From the NCBI RefSeq assembly GCF_030684315.1, contig NC_081363.1, forward strand, positions 86,904,184-86,968,183: DNA of 64,000 nucleotides, in the 5' to 3' direction. This document shows, in pieces, positions 63,473 to 64,000 of this stretch. The notes below the pieces were generated by a model. That model had not been told where the DNA came from and did no database searches. It worked only from the letters and a program-made list of their open reading frames with translations. How positions within the stretch are numbered: the stretch's first letter is position 1; every line of letters begins with the position of its first letter. A program made the translations under genes and the position numbers. This DNA is from Stegostoma tigrinum (taxonomy: Eukaryota).

Positions 63473-64000
63473 TTGATATGTCAAGCGCAGTTTGTTAAAT
63501 AAATATTTTAAACAGTCTTGTCATTTAGTCAGGGTAGGAAATGAGATACAATGATTATTGTTTGGTTCAAATCCAGCAATAATATTTAGTCACATGTATA
63601 TTTAGGACCTATATTGAAACGAAAGAGGGAAAGTACATTAAGCTCTTAGAGCAAATTGGTAAACTTGACTGCATTATTATCATCATAAATTCCTGCATTG
63701 CCCAATGAACACCAAATGGGAAATAATTTCTGTGTTCTTAAATTTTCTACAACGTACGTTAGATGCTACACTGCATGTGTGAATATAGTTCTCTCATCTT
63801 AAACCATACACTTCTGTAAACAGTTTAAAAAAATTAGCAATTTTTATTTTGTACAGCTGTAAAAGCAAATTATTTTCCTAACTTTGTGTTAAAATTCTTC
63901 CACCACTCTTCCCCCATCACCAAACCCTTTCTTCATTAAATCATCTTGCAGGTTGCATCAGTTTTTGGTGATAGTGCTTTGGTTCCAAGTCTGACTGACT

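Noticed and set aside
63930-64000. Acceptor-like cttgcag as the next TTBK2 exon
   Set aside because: The required phase gives GLHQFLVIVLWFQV*, not the expected IANATPIPGD-like sequence.

Overview
Eukaryotic, AT-rich intronic DNA, most likely from a cartilaginous fish (shark). The taxon is inferred from HE1/V-SINE-like, DeuSINE-like, CR1, Rex1/Babar, Tx1 and Penelope repeats. The + strand carries seven GT-AG exons (763 nt in total) of tau-tubulin kinase 2 (TTBK2), from GKDHVCRF to TPAALG. The first exons and the long C-terminal exons lie outside the window. The introns are dense in retroelements, several of them nested. The most unusual signal is a set of Penelope-like element 3' ends from about four families. 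They carry minimal hammerhead-ribozyme (HHR) motifs and are repeatedly inserted as fold-back or inverted structures with 10-17 bp target-site duplications (TSDs). The largest is a near-perfect 1.23-kb palindrome at 27578-28812 that encodes a GIY-YIG endonuclease C-terminus and an HHR on both strands. Also notable: a tRNA-Pro-like relic with an anticodon-loop insertion next to two tandem Tx1 LINE ends, a degenerate ~39-bp tandem array, two solo LTRs and a TA-flanked MITE. Repeat boundaries are by eye and approximate. Exon, TSD and palindrome coordinates were counted base by base.
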